A stretch of 64,000 nucleotides of DNA from Eukaryota sp. TZLM1-RC (GCA_040285825.1 JAUPSS010000003.1:2542001-2606000); one strand, 5' to 3'; shown: positions 1 through 14,222, counted from the stretch's first letter. Numbers and translations: made by a program. Notes: generated by a model from the letters alone, not told the origin.

Positions 1-1140
1 AGACTCGATACTTGTTGGATTAATGAAAGATTTAGTAAGCTCAGAGGGAGAGCAAATGACATAAGATCATCAGTTTTTACCGAAATACTAACTGATAAGG
101 TATTAGATTCTTACGAACGTGAGTGGAACTCATAATTGGCACACAGTCTGGAATGCCACGGATGGCTTGATGGTGTGCTGCCTTTTCCTGTTTTTCTTTC
201 AATCTGCGGAAGTTAGATCGAATTTCTTGAATAAAATATAACTCAGACGTCGATCTTTTAATGCTAATAAGATTTTTGCCAGGGGCGACATGTCGGAACC
301 AAAGATCACTTGGTAGGGAGTGTGGTTAGTTTTTGAGAGGTCATCCAGTCTTATGTGTATGCCCTTGTTGTTCATCAGTCCTCGATGACGCAGCAAGTCA
401 GCACCAATGAGAATGGTCTCATGTTCAGGAACAATATTTAACTTGTGTTTCACCTGAACAATCTGGGTAACGCTTCCTAGTCTAATATTTAGGGTTCCAG
501 AAGGAGTACCTAAGGACTATGAGGTCGTGTGTGAGCCGTACATTCAACCTCATCAACTGAATATTTGTAACCACGGGTCCATGATGCAAAACTGGAATAT
601 TCCAGCAAGCTGTGACGTCATCAGTAACGGTGATAACAAGGGAATGACCATTGGGAAATACATCATCCCGAATTTTTGCTTGTACCGAACATTGAAGACC
701 TATTGGAAAAAATTTTTTTGGCAAAACTGTTCAGAAAAGCTGATGGCTGTTGAGACATATCAATACCAGTAAAGAATAAGAATAATTTATTAGTTCACCG
801 GTTCTTATAAAGCCCATCACTAGTGAAGTATACCTAAATGTACTCGACTAATTGTCCACAGTACAACAAAGCTGTGTCTGGCAACTTTATTTCGAAAGCC
901 CTGCCCTTTACTTGGAGAAAACGTCGCCGGTAACAGGACAGACGTTCACGGACGTCACCAATGCGGACATCGAGCTTAAGTTCTGATATAGCCAGACTAA
1001 GATCTTGGTAAGCATGGAACAACACGAGGAATTGTCGATGTCTGAGAAGATTATCATCACTGGCGGTGAGGTCGGACATCTGCAGAGCTAAAGACTCTAA
1101 AGAAACGATAAGAATTGACTTAGAGTCTTGTTGGAACAAG
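1..1140 (-). mobile_element. Internally deleted Gypsy-type LTR retrotransposon remnant (gag related to family D, protease C-term fused to integrase C-term)
   Basis: LKLDVRIGDVRERLSCYRRRFLQVK...PDTA aligns by eye with the gag at 48002-48300. ILIGADLL (protease end) runs directly into TPYQVIFGSDMSP (compare SPYELMFGSDVSP in the integrase at ~40660). Interrupted by a solo LTR. Confidence 0.65.
741..868 (-). mobile_element. Solo LTR related to family A, 128 bp, 4-bp TSD AAGC
   Basis: Minus strand reads TGTTGTACTGTGGACAATTAGTC...CATCA, with the same termini as the LTRs at 20348 and 44174. AAGC at 737-740 and 869-872. Confidence 0.92.
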
Positions 1141-1529
1141 TTCCTTCATGGAAGACACAGAGGAGTATTTATATATATAGGAGGATTTATAATTGCTGTT
1201 CATAAAAGGATGGTTGTGTGTTCATCAAAACAACTGAAGCTTCATGATAACATACATACAGAAATCTTTTCACTGTTTCCCAGAACTCAATTATTGTTAA
1301 CAAACTTCAATCATTATTGATAGTATCATTTCTGTGGAATTGTCCCGGATACATCACAATTGAAGCAAGTAGCTAATCAATAATAACATGAAATCTCAGT
1401 AGATGATGAACACTAACTACCTTTATGCCACTTGACAAACCTTATCCACACGTGTCGTATAGCATTTCGACTTTTCATTTAGGATAGATAAATTGATTGA
1501 ATTTCTAAAAAATCTTAGGAAAACGGTTT

Positions 1530-2830
1530 GAAACCCAAGTCTGTGGCTAACGAACTCAAAAGTGGTAAATTAGTCATTGATCGCCACCAAAGTGATAAAC
1601 TGATTTTTACCCGTAGTTCTTTGATACATTTCAATTGGAGCTAATGAATAAGTAAGACTTCTCCACTGATAAATTGTTGAAATTCCAGCCAAACATCCAA
1701 GTGTTGAGTCTCTGGCAAAAACTTCGGTGCAACTTCCAATGAAAACTTTGCTTCACATCATCTGAAAATCTTGCAAATTTTGTGGATCCAGAGCAAAGCA
1801 GGCCAAGTGAAGATCACTTGCATACAGCTTCCATCTTTTCTTGTAGCAATCTTGAATAGTAGCTCTAAAATCGTCGAGGAACCCTGCATCTTCTGTGTCA
1901 ATTATATCAACAATACTCTGTAATCTAGAATAAACTTGACTGATACATTCTCCATTTTCATTCACAAACTTGATGAAATCATATACTGGACTGCAAATCC
2001 TTAGAATTTGTTGATTTCGCCACATGAAATAAGCATCATAAACAAGCAACTGTTTAATCCCTGTGAACATTCCAAAAGTTCTTCTAGCATCAATACATTG
2101 GTCGCAAATCTTGTGACAGCGGGATCAGTCAGCTCCAACTTGCTATGTTCTCTAAACAATGCCAATAATCTACAATAATTTTTAATTAATTGAATTATGT
2201 GTCTTACATCAGTAACAACGTGGTTGTAGAGGGAAATTTTCATTAGATCTTTCAAAAAAAGATCCAAACAGTGGGCGACACAAAAAATTTTAGTAAATTG
2301 GTTTTTCTGAATTTGTAAACACTTTTCGAGCAGTTTCAATGGGTCTGGCAGAGTCAGTAATAATATTAATAATTGCTCCTTGACCATAACAATTTACTGC
2401 ATTCTCAATGTACTTAACAATAAATTGCCCATTTTCGAAACTTTCGAAACATCAGACTCAACAAATCCAGCTCCTTGAGGTGAAACCAAATCAGTGTTTA
2501 CAATTTCAGGAAAGTTCAAATTGGACCATCATCTGAAACCAATTTCAGTGAAGTTTCGCTAACTAATATTTCGTCAATTTGTTTTGGAATCTCATTTTTA
2601 GATCATTGCAAGGGCTTATTTCTCAAAGGATTATAGGGAATGGACTTGTATTTTCCACTGGAAAGTTCTCCACAAAAATCATTCAAAAAAAAGGACTTCT
2701 TGCAACGTTGAAGGGTATACCACAAACAAAAAACAACTTTTCTTGAGCAGCTGCGCATCTTTTTTGAAAATTTTTATTATAAACTTCCATGAGGTCTTGA
2801 TTTGAATTATCTCCTCGACGTTTGGCACGA
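1530..2830 (-). pseudogene. hAT transposase remnant (DUF659-type)
   Basis: CVAHCLDLFLKDL, PAVTRFATN and LHLACFALDP motifs across frameshifted ORFs 2001-2387 and 1753-2070. Confidence 0.75.
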
Positions 2831-3393
2831 GGACTAATGAATTGTAAAGAGTAATTGGTGGGTTAGGATAGCCTTCAATCAGGTATCAGCTCTTCTGGCG
2901 ATACCTAAGTATATCTTATCATCTGTGATAGGGGTTATCATCGTTCATCTACAGAGGTCACAGACAGAGAAACAACTGAAGAAATTGGTTGTTCCCGTTG
3001 TATTGACTGCCACTATAAAAATGAAGAATGGCGCAATACGGATATCGATGGGGCACATTCCAATCATGATTTGATTGCATGCCTTGCAGCTCACGCACCC
3101 CATCGTAGATGGTGGCTTCTCCATCATTTAGACGAAATAGAGCTTCTCTACAGTGCTGGAAACTCTCCTAAAAAGATTCTGAAACTTCTACGGTCCCAGT
3201 ATTCTGCTACATCTTCCTTTTCTCTTGAAACTTGTCCTTTCGTCAACAAAAATCTTAACAATTTTGAACAGAAATGGAGTAGAGACCTTTTCGATGGGAT
3301 GTCTGATGTAACCGCTTTATTTGCACATTTGCGCTCCAATAATCATTGGATCTGTCGCAGGCAGTTTAATGACGAAGGTTATCTTTAAAATTT

Positions 3394-5546
3394 GGGTCAG
3401 GGACACACCTACCCACTTTTTTGAAAAGTGAAACACACCTACCCACTGCTGAATTTTTTGGTACTTCTGTACCCAATTGTTTTAAGGAAACTTATCCATC
3501 CCGATTTGTTTGATGATGTAATCATGTTTGTGTTTCTTAATTACTTGGTACGTTCACCAAACTCATCTCAAACATCAAATAAACCGTTTATGGACATGTT
3601 AAGCACACGATAAACCTCCCTAATCTCTATTGATCTTCAACTAAGTCTTCCAATGCAGAAGATTCTTCCGATTCACTCCAATCTGAATCATCGCTGCTGC
3701 CTTCTACACCAAACTGCTGGCGGACGAGTGTGAATTCTGGAACTTCACTGTCTGGTATCTCTTCTCCATCTCTTTGTTTCTTCTTTCTCTGCCCTTCTCC
3801 AGCGCGGAACCGTCGTTGACGTGGTCTTCCTCTTTGCCTTACAACTTGTGGTGCTTGAGTTTCTGTCTCTTTTAGTTCAATACTTAGGTCTACTGGCATA
3901 ATTCCCTCCTCGTAAGTTCTGGCATAATTCTCTCTCAAATAATAAAGGTCCACTGCACTCACTATGTTTTTGTCCATATATAAAAGTGCTGCCACCGCAT
4001 GAACACAAGGGTATCCATATTGGTCCCAAAATCCACATGAACAACATTGTTTGCTCAAATCCACCAACCATGATTTTTCATGCTGTGTAACCTTCAGCAC
4101 TGAACCTTACCCTCCCCTGGAAATTGTCACAACTTCTAAACTGCGAGCTTCAACAACAGTGCTCTTCAACTTTGCCCACAATGATTTGCAAACAATGGAT
4201 GTTGTGTTCATCGCTTCAGTTCTTCTTTCCTCAAACCATTTTGTCAGTTTCAAGCAAATTTCGTTGATCATAGTAACAAGAGGCATACCTCTTGCTCCAA
4301 GAAGCCAAGCATTCAAGCTTTCAACTACATTGGACGCCAAATGTCCGTAACGGAGTCCTTCGAAATAACAGGTTGCCCAATGATGTTTTCCAGCCTTTAT
4401 CAGTTTCTCATACACTGGTTTTGATTGACAACGGATTTCATTCATTATGAGATCAAATTCGTCAGTTGTTGTAGCTCTAGCTGCACTCCAAATAAATCCT
4501 GTGAACCTCGCCCCGATATTTTTGGTCAAATGGCGAACACAAAAAGCGTGTTTGGCAGTAACAAAAACAGTAGCAACCGCATCGCAAAGTCCTTTTTCTC
4601 TGTCGGAAACAATGGTGTTGATATCTGAACCATATGCATCACGAAAACGTTGACAAAACCAGGTCCAGTTGTCTTTGTTTTCGGTCGACACTACTGCAAA
4701 GGCCAGTGGATACAAATGGCCCTCCGCATCAATGGACGTGGATGTCAACAACACTTGTTTATGTTTGGTTTTCGAGTGCGTCCCATCCAGAAGAACCATT
4801 GAACGACAAAATGCAAATCCCTTGATTGTACCTTGCAGCGCTATGAAGAGTCGTCTAAAGGTGTCAGTTGTATCCTTTTCAAGATTAATAACACTTCCGG
4901 GGTTTCTTTGACTTAAAAGTTCCAAGTAGTGGTCAAGTTTTTTGTAGCTTGATTCTTCAGTTCCATAAAGACTGGTTTTAATCGTGTTCCGTACCCGCTT
5001 AACAGTGTGCTTGGGAAGTATAAATCCAGCCGCTGTGTTTAAACCCACTTTCAAATGCTTGGAGTTGATGGCAGGATCCTTTTGGATTTTTGTACGAATG
5101 GATGTCAAAGAGGCAAGGTAATCTGTGGAAGAAGGAAGAATCTTGTAGGAAGAAGTTAGATTACCATCACAGGAATGAGCTTTATACCGCTTAACCTTAT
5201 AAGGAGTTGTTGTAGAAGCGGATTTAGGTCGTGTAGCATAGCATTCAAACGTACATCTTTTATTTTTGCAACGAGCATAAATTCTTGTATGTTCAGACTT
5301 TTTGTAGACACAATAGGCACTGCTCTGGACACAATCTAGCCGAATCAGTTCCTTTATGATTTCCATCGAAGCCAGGGAACCGATTTTCAAGAGATAATCG
5401 GTGTCGTTATGTTTGAGAGTTATAGTTGATTCAGCAACAACGGAAGAGGTTGTTGTCATGTCCAATCTGCAAAGAAGTCCTATCAGTAAAAAGGTGGGTA
5501 GACGTGTTCCACTTTCTGCAAAAATGGGTAGATGTGTACTTTTCCC
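3394..5546 (-). mobile_element. Full-length MULE (Mutator) DNA transposon, 9-bp TSD TTAAAATTT
   Basis: TSD at 3385-3393 and 5547-5555. Imperfect TIRs (GGG...CCC) with repeated CTACCCA/TGGGTAG motifs. Internal transposase. Confidence 0.95.
3627..5465 (-). pseudogene. MuDR-type transposase with SWIM finger, one in-frame TAA at 4107-4109
   Basis: LLDGTH, IVSDREKGL, HAFCVRHL, SNVVESLN and CSCGFWDQYGYPCVH. ORFs 4107-5465 and 3627-4100 are in the same frame. Confidence 0.9.
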
Positions 5547-6169
5547 TTAAAATTTATTTATTACACACCGAACCGCTTTAGATCTGGGAACACGCTATAG
5601 GTTTGTTGTTTCAATGGATTGCACCTATAAAACGAATAAATATTCACTGCCATTGATAGTTATTGGATCAAAGACTTTTCAAAACAAGTCTCTGTTTCTT
5701 GGCTTTGCCTTTGTTAGTGATGAAACCGTGCCTCAATTTCGATGGGTTTTGCAGATCATGAAGAGAGTTTTTCAGCTTGGAAACGACAATCCCGTCTTTG
5801 TTACAGACCGTGATCTTGCTCTCTGTAATGCCCTTGAACATTCATTTGCTTAAAGCGTACATCTCTTGTGCCTTTTTCACATTTTTAAAAATGTAGAGAG
5901 TAAGGCTATGAAGAGTTTTGGTTTGTCAGAAGAATTGACTGAATTTAACTCTCAATTGCACAATTTAGCCTATTCAGAGAGCCAAAAAAATCTTTGATTT
6001 AGTTGGGAATCAATTGATTGATATCGGAATATCATCATTCCATTGTTCAATACATCAATAATCAATGGATACCTAGAGTACACCAATGGGCAGGATACAT
6101 TGTAGATTATTATGTACATCTAGGAGAGCGCACGACGTCAACAATTCAGTTCCTTCATTCTTGTCTCAA

Positions 6170-7010
6170 GGTATATCTAAAGTCATCACGAGAGAGCCTT
6201 CTCTGTGCCAAGCACATTGAATGTCACCTCTTTTTTGACTTTGAGCAAGCTGCATTTCATCAAAAACTGGTTCTAGTCGTATTGGATGATGGGCACTTTT
6301 CAACAAATCATAAATGCAATCACGAACAGCATTGTGAATCATCGACCTCTTCTGAGTGAACTTACTACAAGATAAGACATGAATATAAAAAGCAACTGCT
6401 CCACATTTACAACGATCATTTGTTAAACACTGAGGGGGAGGTAATTTCAAACGTTGTCTCATAATTGTTAAAAACTGGGAATCGGAAAGCAACAGACCAA
6501 AACGGCGAGGTACTTGGTTTATTATGCATGATGCACTGTTGATAAAAGAACCCTTATCGAAAAGAGAGGATTGAAATGTTGCGAAAGAAGAATCACCTGA
6601 ATTGTTGGCCAAGCTAATTTGTTCTTCTAGTGATTCAGCTTTGAGAGCATTAATCAACTTCTTTTGTAGTTTAGGGACAGTTCTCCAAAAATTACTTAGA
6701 TCTTTAGCTTCAACAAAGGCACGATCAACTGTAGAAGCAAACATTGAAAACCAGAGTAGATCAGAGCAGTTATCGAGGAATATTTTGACAAAGAGAGCAG
6801 CACTCGAGTTAGAATTAGTGACTAAATTAATCAAGCTATTAGGGAATCGCACAAAAAATTCAAACAAAAATTTCTTGATGCCTCCCAAAAACGCAGCATT
6901 TGTCAAAATGGATGAACGAGTCAAACCAACACCACCGTGCGAATGTGACCTAAAACAGTGAAGCGGAATATTCTTAATGCTCTTTACACTGAGTAAGTCA
7001 GCCAAAAAGT
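6170..7010 (-). mobile_element. CRE-like non-LTR retrotransposon fragment (post-RT, zinc knuckle, start of REL nuclease)
   Basis: GGVGL, CKCG...HVLSC...HNAVRD...LEP...RGDI, homologous to 25727-26530. Confidence 0.8.
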
Positions 7011-7249
7011 TAAATAGACCACTGTCTTTGCAAAGTTACGTGAATTCTTTTCACTTTCGCTTTCACTTTTCCATTTTTTCCATTACAATTCACTTTTCAT
7101 CAATGCCTCTAACTTTTTGTCTTCTCTCTGACATTCAATCGTTTGATGAATTCCTTACGATATTTTAAATTACGTCATTTTAATCTTTAACGCTTGTGAA
7201 AACTGCTTTATTGCAGTTTCCATCTCCAATTCCTTCTTCTTTACCAACT

Positions 7250-9049
7250 GCAGGATTTGCTGACTGGTATCTTGAACGTCTTCAGATGACTGGCAGGGAT
7301 TCTTTAAAGTTCGAAATTTCAGAATATCTTCAGGGACCATCATTCAGGATTCCAGTTTCGTTGTGATTGAGAGATTTTAGCAGAGAATAGTTGAGAATCA
7401 GTGTTAGAGACTTTGCGGTTTCGAGAATTTGCATTAGAAATGTAATGAGGTTCAAGTAGCAGTAAAAGATCTATCAAAGTGATTTCTGGACAGTAGTAGA
7501 TAGGCAAAGTGTCTTCATGAAAGAACTTGTGGGACCCTTTGAACAGAGCATAACACAGGGTAACAGACGTCCTACTATATGCTTCAAAAGGGGTAAAAGG
7601 ACAATATGCTAAAAGAGCTGGTGTTTCAGAAAGAGCTGGAGTCCCAACAGCATTTGGAGTCTCGACAGGATTGAATACCTCTTTGGGTTGCAAAAACATG
7701 TCGTTGTCGTTCACACGTACCTTTTTCATTGGCGTTTCCATCATAAAACCCGTCATAAAAGGAAGAAAAAGGAAAACTTAATGTTGAGAAGTGGAATTCA
7801 GCTTAGGTAAAATCCACTGCGGAAGCTATTGCTCTTTTGGATAGCTAGGGGTTTGACTCCGTCAATTAATAGATGCATGAGTTGTTTCTTAGGTATCTTT
7901 AGGTCAGAAATTCTTCGTAGGAGGTGCGAGAATCCTTCAATGTAGTCGAAGTAGCGGTCTTTAGGACTACGGATGTCGATGTTCATAATGCAACGTGAAA
8001 AGTAATGCAGGGCGTCGGCAAGAGAGTGAATCTTAGTAATTCTCAGTAGGAATTTCTAGATAGATTTCTGGGATCTAACGGCATTTCTATCAAACAGAGC
8101 GATGGCTTCCAGCTGATCCTGTTGGATGTAAAGTTGAACATCTGGTGGGCATGGAGGATCTTCTGTGGTTAGTAGATTGCATAAGGAGGAATCATCTGTT
8201 GCTAAGGTATCCAGTGATACCTTAGGTATCAAATAGAGAATCGAGGGAGGACTTCATGTTATCGGGAATATTCAAACGATCGAGTACATTTCGGGCAGCA
8301 GCGAGTTCGTCTTCACGTACGGGTGCTTCCTCATCGGAGCTAGGCAAGTTCTTCCATTCGGAGGTAAGGGCGGAATCGAATTCATGGGATTTCAAGAAGT
8401 AGTTGGATATGCTTTGTATCCAGTAGGCGACTCTGGCTTGGCTTAAGCCCTTCAGGATGGGCGGTGTGTTATACGTATCTCTGACGTACTTCTGACTACG
8501 ACGTTTCAGCTTGCGTCGTCTTCTCCTCGACTCGGCTCTGGAGTCGTCTTCTGAGGAGGATGAACAGTCGGAGCTCTCTTCGCTCGACGGCTCTTACTTT
8601 TTCTTTTTCAGGGTAGCTTTCTTTATTGTTCGGCGTTTCTCGCGCTTTGTCTTTGGAAGGCTTTCTCGGCTTTTTTCAGAAATTTCTTCTTCGAGATTGT
8701 TTAGTTCTTCAGAGTTTTGGGATACAACATAGGGATCTTCTTCAGGATTTTTGTGGCCTTCGTGGCCGTGGCGACGCATCTCCAGCGTGGCAAGTTGCTC
8801 CCTGAGACGTTGGATAGTCTCGGCGTGTTCAGCGGCTCTTTGATGCGTCCTCTGGACATCGGCCTGGTCTTTTTCCGAGAGCTCATCAGGCGTCCGAGAG
8901 GTGTGGTTGGGATAGCCACAATTCGAATTGTTGGCGTTTGGATCCATTTGATAACTAGGTGGAGTTCTAGTTAGAGTCATACGTAGGTTTTATTACAAGG
9001 AGAGAGACAAGAACAAGAATGGAATCTCAATTTCCGTCATTCTTCAACA
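7250..9049 (-). mobile_element. LTR retrotransposon family E, 5' part (degenerate gag), putative 5' LTR 8949-9049
   Basis: TG...CA block with AATAAA followed by AATGG. gag-like PPILKGLSQARVAYW and CIMNIDIRSPKDRYFDY...LIDGVKP. No second LTR copy to confirm the boundaries. Confidence 0.6.
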
Positions 9050-9749
9050 TCGGTACATCTACGAAAAAGTAAAGAGAGGTACTACATATGCAACAAGCAA
9101 ACACTGTTCAACAGTTTAATGACCTCAACTAGGACAATTGTCTCACGTTTTGGCTGTCAAGATGAACAGCTAAAGGCCAATGTGTGGTATTTGTAGTCAA
9201 GAACGGCACAATCGTTCTACATGTTATCAACGTATAGGTAATAAACAACATTGTTACGGTTTACATTTTTGAAGTCGGAAGTTTAAGCATATGGAAAACT
9301 TAAATTTGCACACGTAAAACAATTTCAAAAATACAATCTACAATTAAGTTTTTATCGCAATATATCGAAGAGTGCTGGACACTGTCGAAAAATATATCTT
9401 TCGTTCGTCTGGTATCGATAAGATAACAATAAATAGATATAGTTTTATCGAGTGATAAGGTGTATCGATTGACATTACTTCGTTTACTGTTCATATGTCT
9501 TGGATATTGACAACTAATTTGAACTTATTAAAAAAGAGTAAAGTGTTCAGAAAAGATGATATTTTTTCGGTATAAGTGGATCAACTAACGCAACATAGGC
9601 GTCCAGATTATGTTTGATTAGAATTTTTATGATCTCAGTGTGAAGAAATTACGTAACTCAATTTCTCTTTAAGGAAAAAGGAAAGGAGATTTGTGATCTG
9701 ATATACGTGGTACGAAATAGAACTTTAAATAATCCTCATCTTTTTTGAT

Positions 9750-10330
9750 TAATTAGTAGGTTTTTCTAGCTTCAAAAAATAGGTCTTCCGTGTTGGTGAA
9801 TATAGTTGCTCCTGTACTACGGTAGGCGTCCATAGATTTTCGATCGCTATAGACAAGTATGTCTTAAACGTGTTTAAGTGAGGCTTGATTGGAATTAGTG
9901 GATGTAGGTTGGTTTTCCAGAATGCAACCAGAACACCCTTTTCAGTGTTCAAAGACTCTATCACCAGGTTTCCTACAGCATTTGCAAAACTTGTTAGATT
10001 TATTGTTTTGATGGTAATACAAGTGCTTTGATTCATACAATTTTTGAGGCTTCATTGAGTTATAGGAATTGTTTTTCTTGGAGTGAGATGGAATAGTAAT
10101 GTTCAGATCTGTCGTGTGTAGGATGGCTTGGGTTGATCCCTGGACTTCATCCACAAACTCTTATAATTTCAATTCGCTGAGTTTCAAGCGACATGAGAAA
10201 TACTGTTTGGTAAAACGTGGTACAGGCCTTCTAAAAGAAATCAATATGAGACATAGCCTCATCCAGTCCTTATCATCGTTGATAAGGTTTTGCGACGTTG
10301 GTACATTTGTTTAAGATAATGAGGATATTT
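9750..10330 (-). pseudogene. Probable gag remnant with degenerate zinc knuckle
   Basis: FCKCCRKPG motif after a low-complexity N/K stretch; many stops. Confidence 0.3.
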
Positions 10331-10479
10331 AATTACATTTCAAAAAAGAAGGTGCTTGTGACTTCACATTTTAAACGGGAGAACTCCAGAAGATCTACTT
10401 TATGGATAAAATTAAAGGGCCAGACTGTTCGAATTGTTGTTTCTTGAGGGATCGTGTGCTGACAGTAGTGATGATGACG

Positions 10480-10991
10480 TATTTGATTTTGAAGAAGAGA
10501 TCTCAGCAACATGTTCTGGAGTGAGTACATTTAGACAAAACAAAATTAAGTTCACATGAGGCGTAATCAAGCTGACTGCAATACGTGACTGCAAGGGGGA
10601 AAAGAGAACAAATTTTATATTCATATACTGCGATTTACAGAGAAAAGTTAAATGTTCTGATTTTCCAGTATTCAAGTGGATCAGCATAAATTGAACGTGG
10701 TGAAAGCTGAACCAAAATAGAAGGACAGTTCTGTTCAAGCTGTTTCTGGGTAATGCAAGGTTGAAATAAAAGTTACAGGGTGCATCGAACCAGCTCTAAT
10801 TGGGTGAAACAATGTCCAAAAAATTGAAAAAATTGTTCTAATGTTGGTGTCAAATGTTTCGAACATAAATGAATATCACAATTTTTGTGTTAATTTCTTT
10901 GTGTTACCTGTGATATCACAACTAACTCACAGTATCACATCGCAATGTGATATATGCGATATTTCGTGATCACATCACAAATATGTCTTTA
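10480..10991 (-). mobile_element. Probable hAT remnant (C-terminal-like motif plus ATCAC/GTGAT subterminal repeats)
   Basis: DPLEYWK on the minus strand; cluster of ATCAC/GTGAT motifs at 10909-10980. Confidence 0.35.
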
Positions 10992-13900
10992 CTAAATTGA
11001 ACCACAACATGATGAACAAACATATACACACGTATGGTAGTCATTACAAGTCTATCGCTCAACTACAAAAAAACACATCAATAAGAACATTTGTGCTTAA
11101 TACGGGTTTTTTCCTTTTTGAACTCCATTAACTGTTTCAATGAAAAAAACAGACCGAAAATCTGATACTTCAATGTCAAGCAAGTGAAGTTGTTCTGATA
11201 AGTCAATAGGAACAAAATCTGAAGGAGCATCTTAAAAACAGTTTGTTGTTGCGCATCTTCCATCTGCAACAACCCTTCTTCAGGTTGGTTCAATGGTTGT
11301 TCATATAAAGTTCTAGAATTGTGTAGAAATTTTTTGATCAAGAGGGGTGAATTGAACGATTTCAGAACTTTATCATTGAGAACTGACTATCTCACATGCA
11401 GAAGTGGTTTTGCTAGACGAGGGTTGAAATATGACAGGTTTATTCAGTGACGGTAACACATGCACATTCTTAAATGATACGAGCAGAAAAGTGACCAAGC
11501 GCAGGACACATTATTATTTTACTAGACTTCTACGATTTGTCAGGAGGAGTTTTGTTGTCGATTTTTGGCTCATTTTCAAAGTAGTTTGTAGGATAGTTGT
11601 TGCGTGTGGCTCTATGTGAAGCCAAAAAGACTTCCTCAACTTCACGACATACTCATCGCGCTGATATCCATATAGATATTAGTTAACATATCCATGCGAC
11701 AGACAAATCACAACTGTCACATTACAAAAAAAAGGTCATATCCATGTATGGTTGCGACATGTTGAGGACCAATACAATTGGTATTGCGAGTTCTCCAGAT
11801 TCGGAATATCTACAGAAGCAGTTTTTTCACTGAGAATTCGAGAGTCAAATTCCAAGTTGTGAAGTAATGAATTGTTTTGCTAAAGGGTGTGATTCTTTAA
11901 ATACGGTTACTTCAAGGAAGGTAGTGTTGATGTTTTCCAATGATGTATTTACCCACGAAATAACAAAAATAAACAAAATAAATCAGTTTCGTATTATGAA
12001 ATTTCTATGACCCTGGCTCAACACTACTTTATCAACGCAGCGTAACTATACATAAACAAAAGAAAACTCAAAATATAGAAATCCACAGTAAATATCGGTT
12101 TTCCTAAACTATCATGTAATCGTACATGAAATTATGTCGAATAGTGTGACACTAAAAGGACATAGTAATGCAGTTCTACATAACATTTTTGTGTACTTAT
12201 TCTTTTATCATTTACATTTACTATCTTCATACATCATATATCAATTTCAACATACTCTGGGTATTTGCAGATTGAGACATTTTCCAATTAGTTCAAAAAT
12301 TGAATAGAATGTCCTCAACAATGTTGACTATCTCTAATAAGCATGATTGACTTAAAAGTTCACCAAAAAATCAAAACCCCAGCTTCCGCAATTATCTCAC
12401 CAATAATGAAGGTAAATTGCATATGATATCACCCTTATAATAACTGGCTTCAATGACTTATAGTGTGTAGTTATTTGTGATTTTACCAAACGATTCAACC
12501 GGGCCTCCTCAGAAGAAACCATATTCCATTTTCTTTTTGATACAAAAAGAAGAAAGAATAGTCAATGATACATTGTAGCCGATTAGTAATACAGTTTACA
12601 TTGATCCTTAAAGAAACATGGAATGACGTTCAAAATTCAAATTAAGATTTTTTTGTCAAAAACCTTCTTGTTATTACTGTGGATAAAGGTAAGACTTGTA
12701 TTGATAAATTATTTTGTTTGTCACCATCATCAAAGTACATGAGAAAACCATTGATCATTTCAACTGAAGACGTTGTTTGTATTTGAGAATGACCACACAT
12801 GGTGAGAGGAAAAAAGATTTGAACAAAGTGTAATATTCAATGATTATCAAGAAATTTGAATGTGAATTTTGATCATAGGATATACTATTTTGAACAAATA
12901 TTCCAGAAAATTTGAGTAAATTTATTGTAAAAAGGCAGCACTATCAAAAATATATTAGTTGGCAACAACGTCCTTACATGGACTGCCTGAAATCAATAAA
13001 TATTCCTTACCTAAATTGTTGTATCTAATGAAGAGGCCAAAATCATCAATAGTGGTATCAAAGACTACAAAGAGCATTACTGACGTGAATGGGTGGTGTA
13101 CTCTTTAGATACAAAAATTACAGGCTTTGGTAGCCAGTGGATGTCCTTGAGCAGTTGACAAAAGAGAGATCAACCAATGAACACACTTATACACCAAACG
13201 AAACGGAAACAACAGCGAGACGTGGAAAGCAACGCTTAAAGACAAGAGAGGCACTGAACGATCGATATCAGCAATGATGATTGAACGAGGATAAAGGCTA
13301 AGGCATGCTGCATGCCTAAGCAGGAATTTTGTCAAAATCATTGAAAATGTTCTGTTTGGTGCAGTAACAGAGTCATTTGGAACTAAAGACCAGGTCTTAT
13401 GTCACATGTTGCTCAGTTGTATGAATAAAGTTCCATGCTTTGAGAAAGTAGTGGCGCATGCCAACTATGACTAGATTTTACTAGTCAGTAAAAATAAACT
13501 AAGTTCTAAGATAAACAGGCCTACCTAGTTGTTTTACCTAGTTTTACCTAGTTGTTTTAAAAGAATTTAAAGTCTCTATCGGTCCCTTGCAGCACAAAAC
13601 ACCACTGATGTAACAACAACATGTGTTCTGTGCTTACCAAAGGTTCTTGCAATATTGAGATATATAAATGAGAGTAGATTATGTTTTGAAACAGCAATGA
13701 TCCATATAATATCAAATGTTCACACATTCTGATACCTCTTTTGCAATGATTAATGAGTTTGTTTCAGTAAACAGGTATACTTTCCTGCTATGAAATAAAT
13801 CAGTCAATAAATTCGTTGAGGGAGACTTCATTGTTGTTTTAACTTGCCCATGATGATTTTTTTCAATGCAGACCTTTCAGGAATCATAATGGGAATTTTG

Positions 13901-14222
13901 TGAAATGTCTATTTTCAAAAACAAACGAAGCTTTATAATTTTACCTTGATCTCCATTTTTGTTTAGTATCAAAGTTGTTATTAAAAAAACAACCAAAGAC
14001 TCTTATTAAATCAGTGTAATTCAATTTCTACACTAACTTTGCATTGTTTTCTAGTTTTATATCATTTGACTATACAGGGTTGAGGTCTGATGAGGGGTAG
14101 TTCATTGTGAACAGCATGAGCACGTAATACGTAAGACCATCTTGGGCAAAGGCCAAAGCAATTACTCAATTGATAAATGTTGGGAAAATCTTTTGTTTGG
14201 AAATTCCTCAAAACCTCTACTA

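Larger units (their letters stand above)
2940..6165 (+). pseudogene. Outer MULE transposase remnant, split by the inner MULE
   Basis: MDCTYKTNKYSLPL, FVTDRDLAL, HLLCLFHI and HLGERTTS motifs. The frame before 3385 continues after 5555. Confidence 0.75.

Noticed and set aside
4107-4109. Alternative genetic code (TAA/TAG=Gln or TGA=Trp), suggested by in-frame stops in TEs
   Set aside because: The BTB gene (>900 codons) and the WDR70 second frame (~450 codons) have no internal stops and use CAA and TGG; the TE stops fit ordinary mutation.
10200-10300. Helitron RepHel fragment (NDDKDW)
   Set aside because: No other Helitron motifs; the context fits gag better.
11000-13600. Possible decayed genes or transposases (also 49800-53200 and 58200-60400)
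   Set aside because: Too degenerate to assign without a search; no tRNA or rRNA genes were recognised anywhere in the window.
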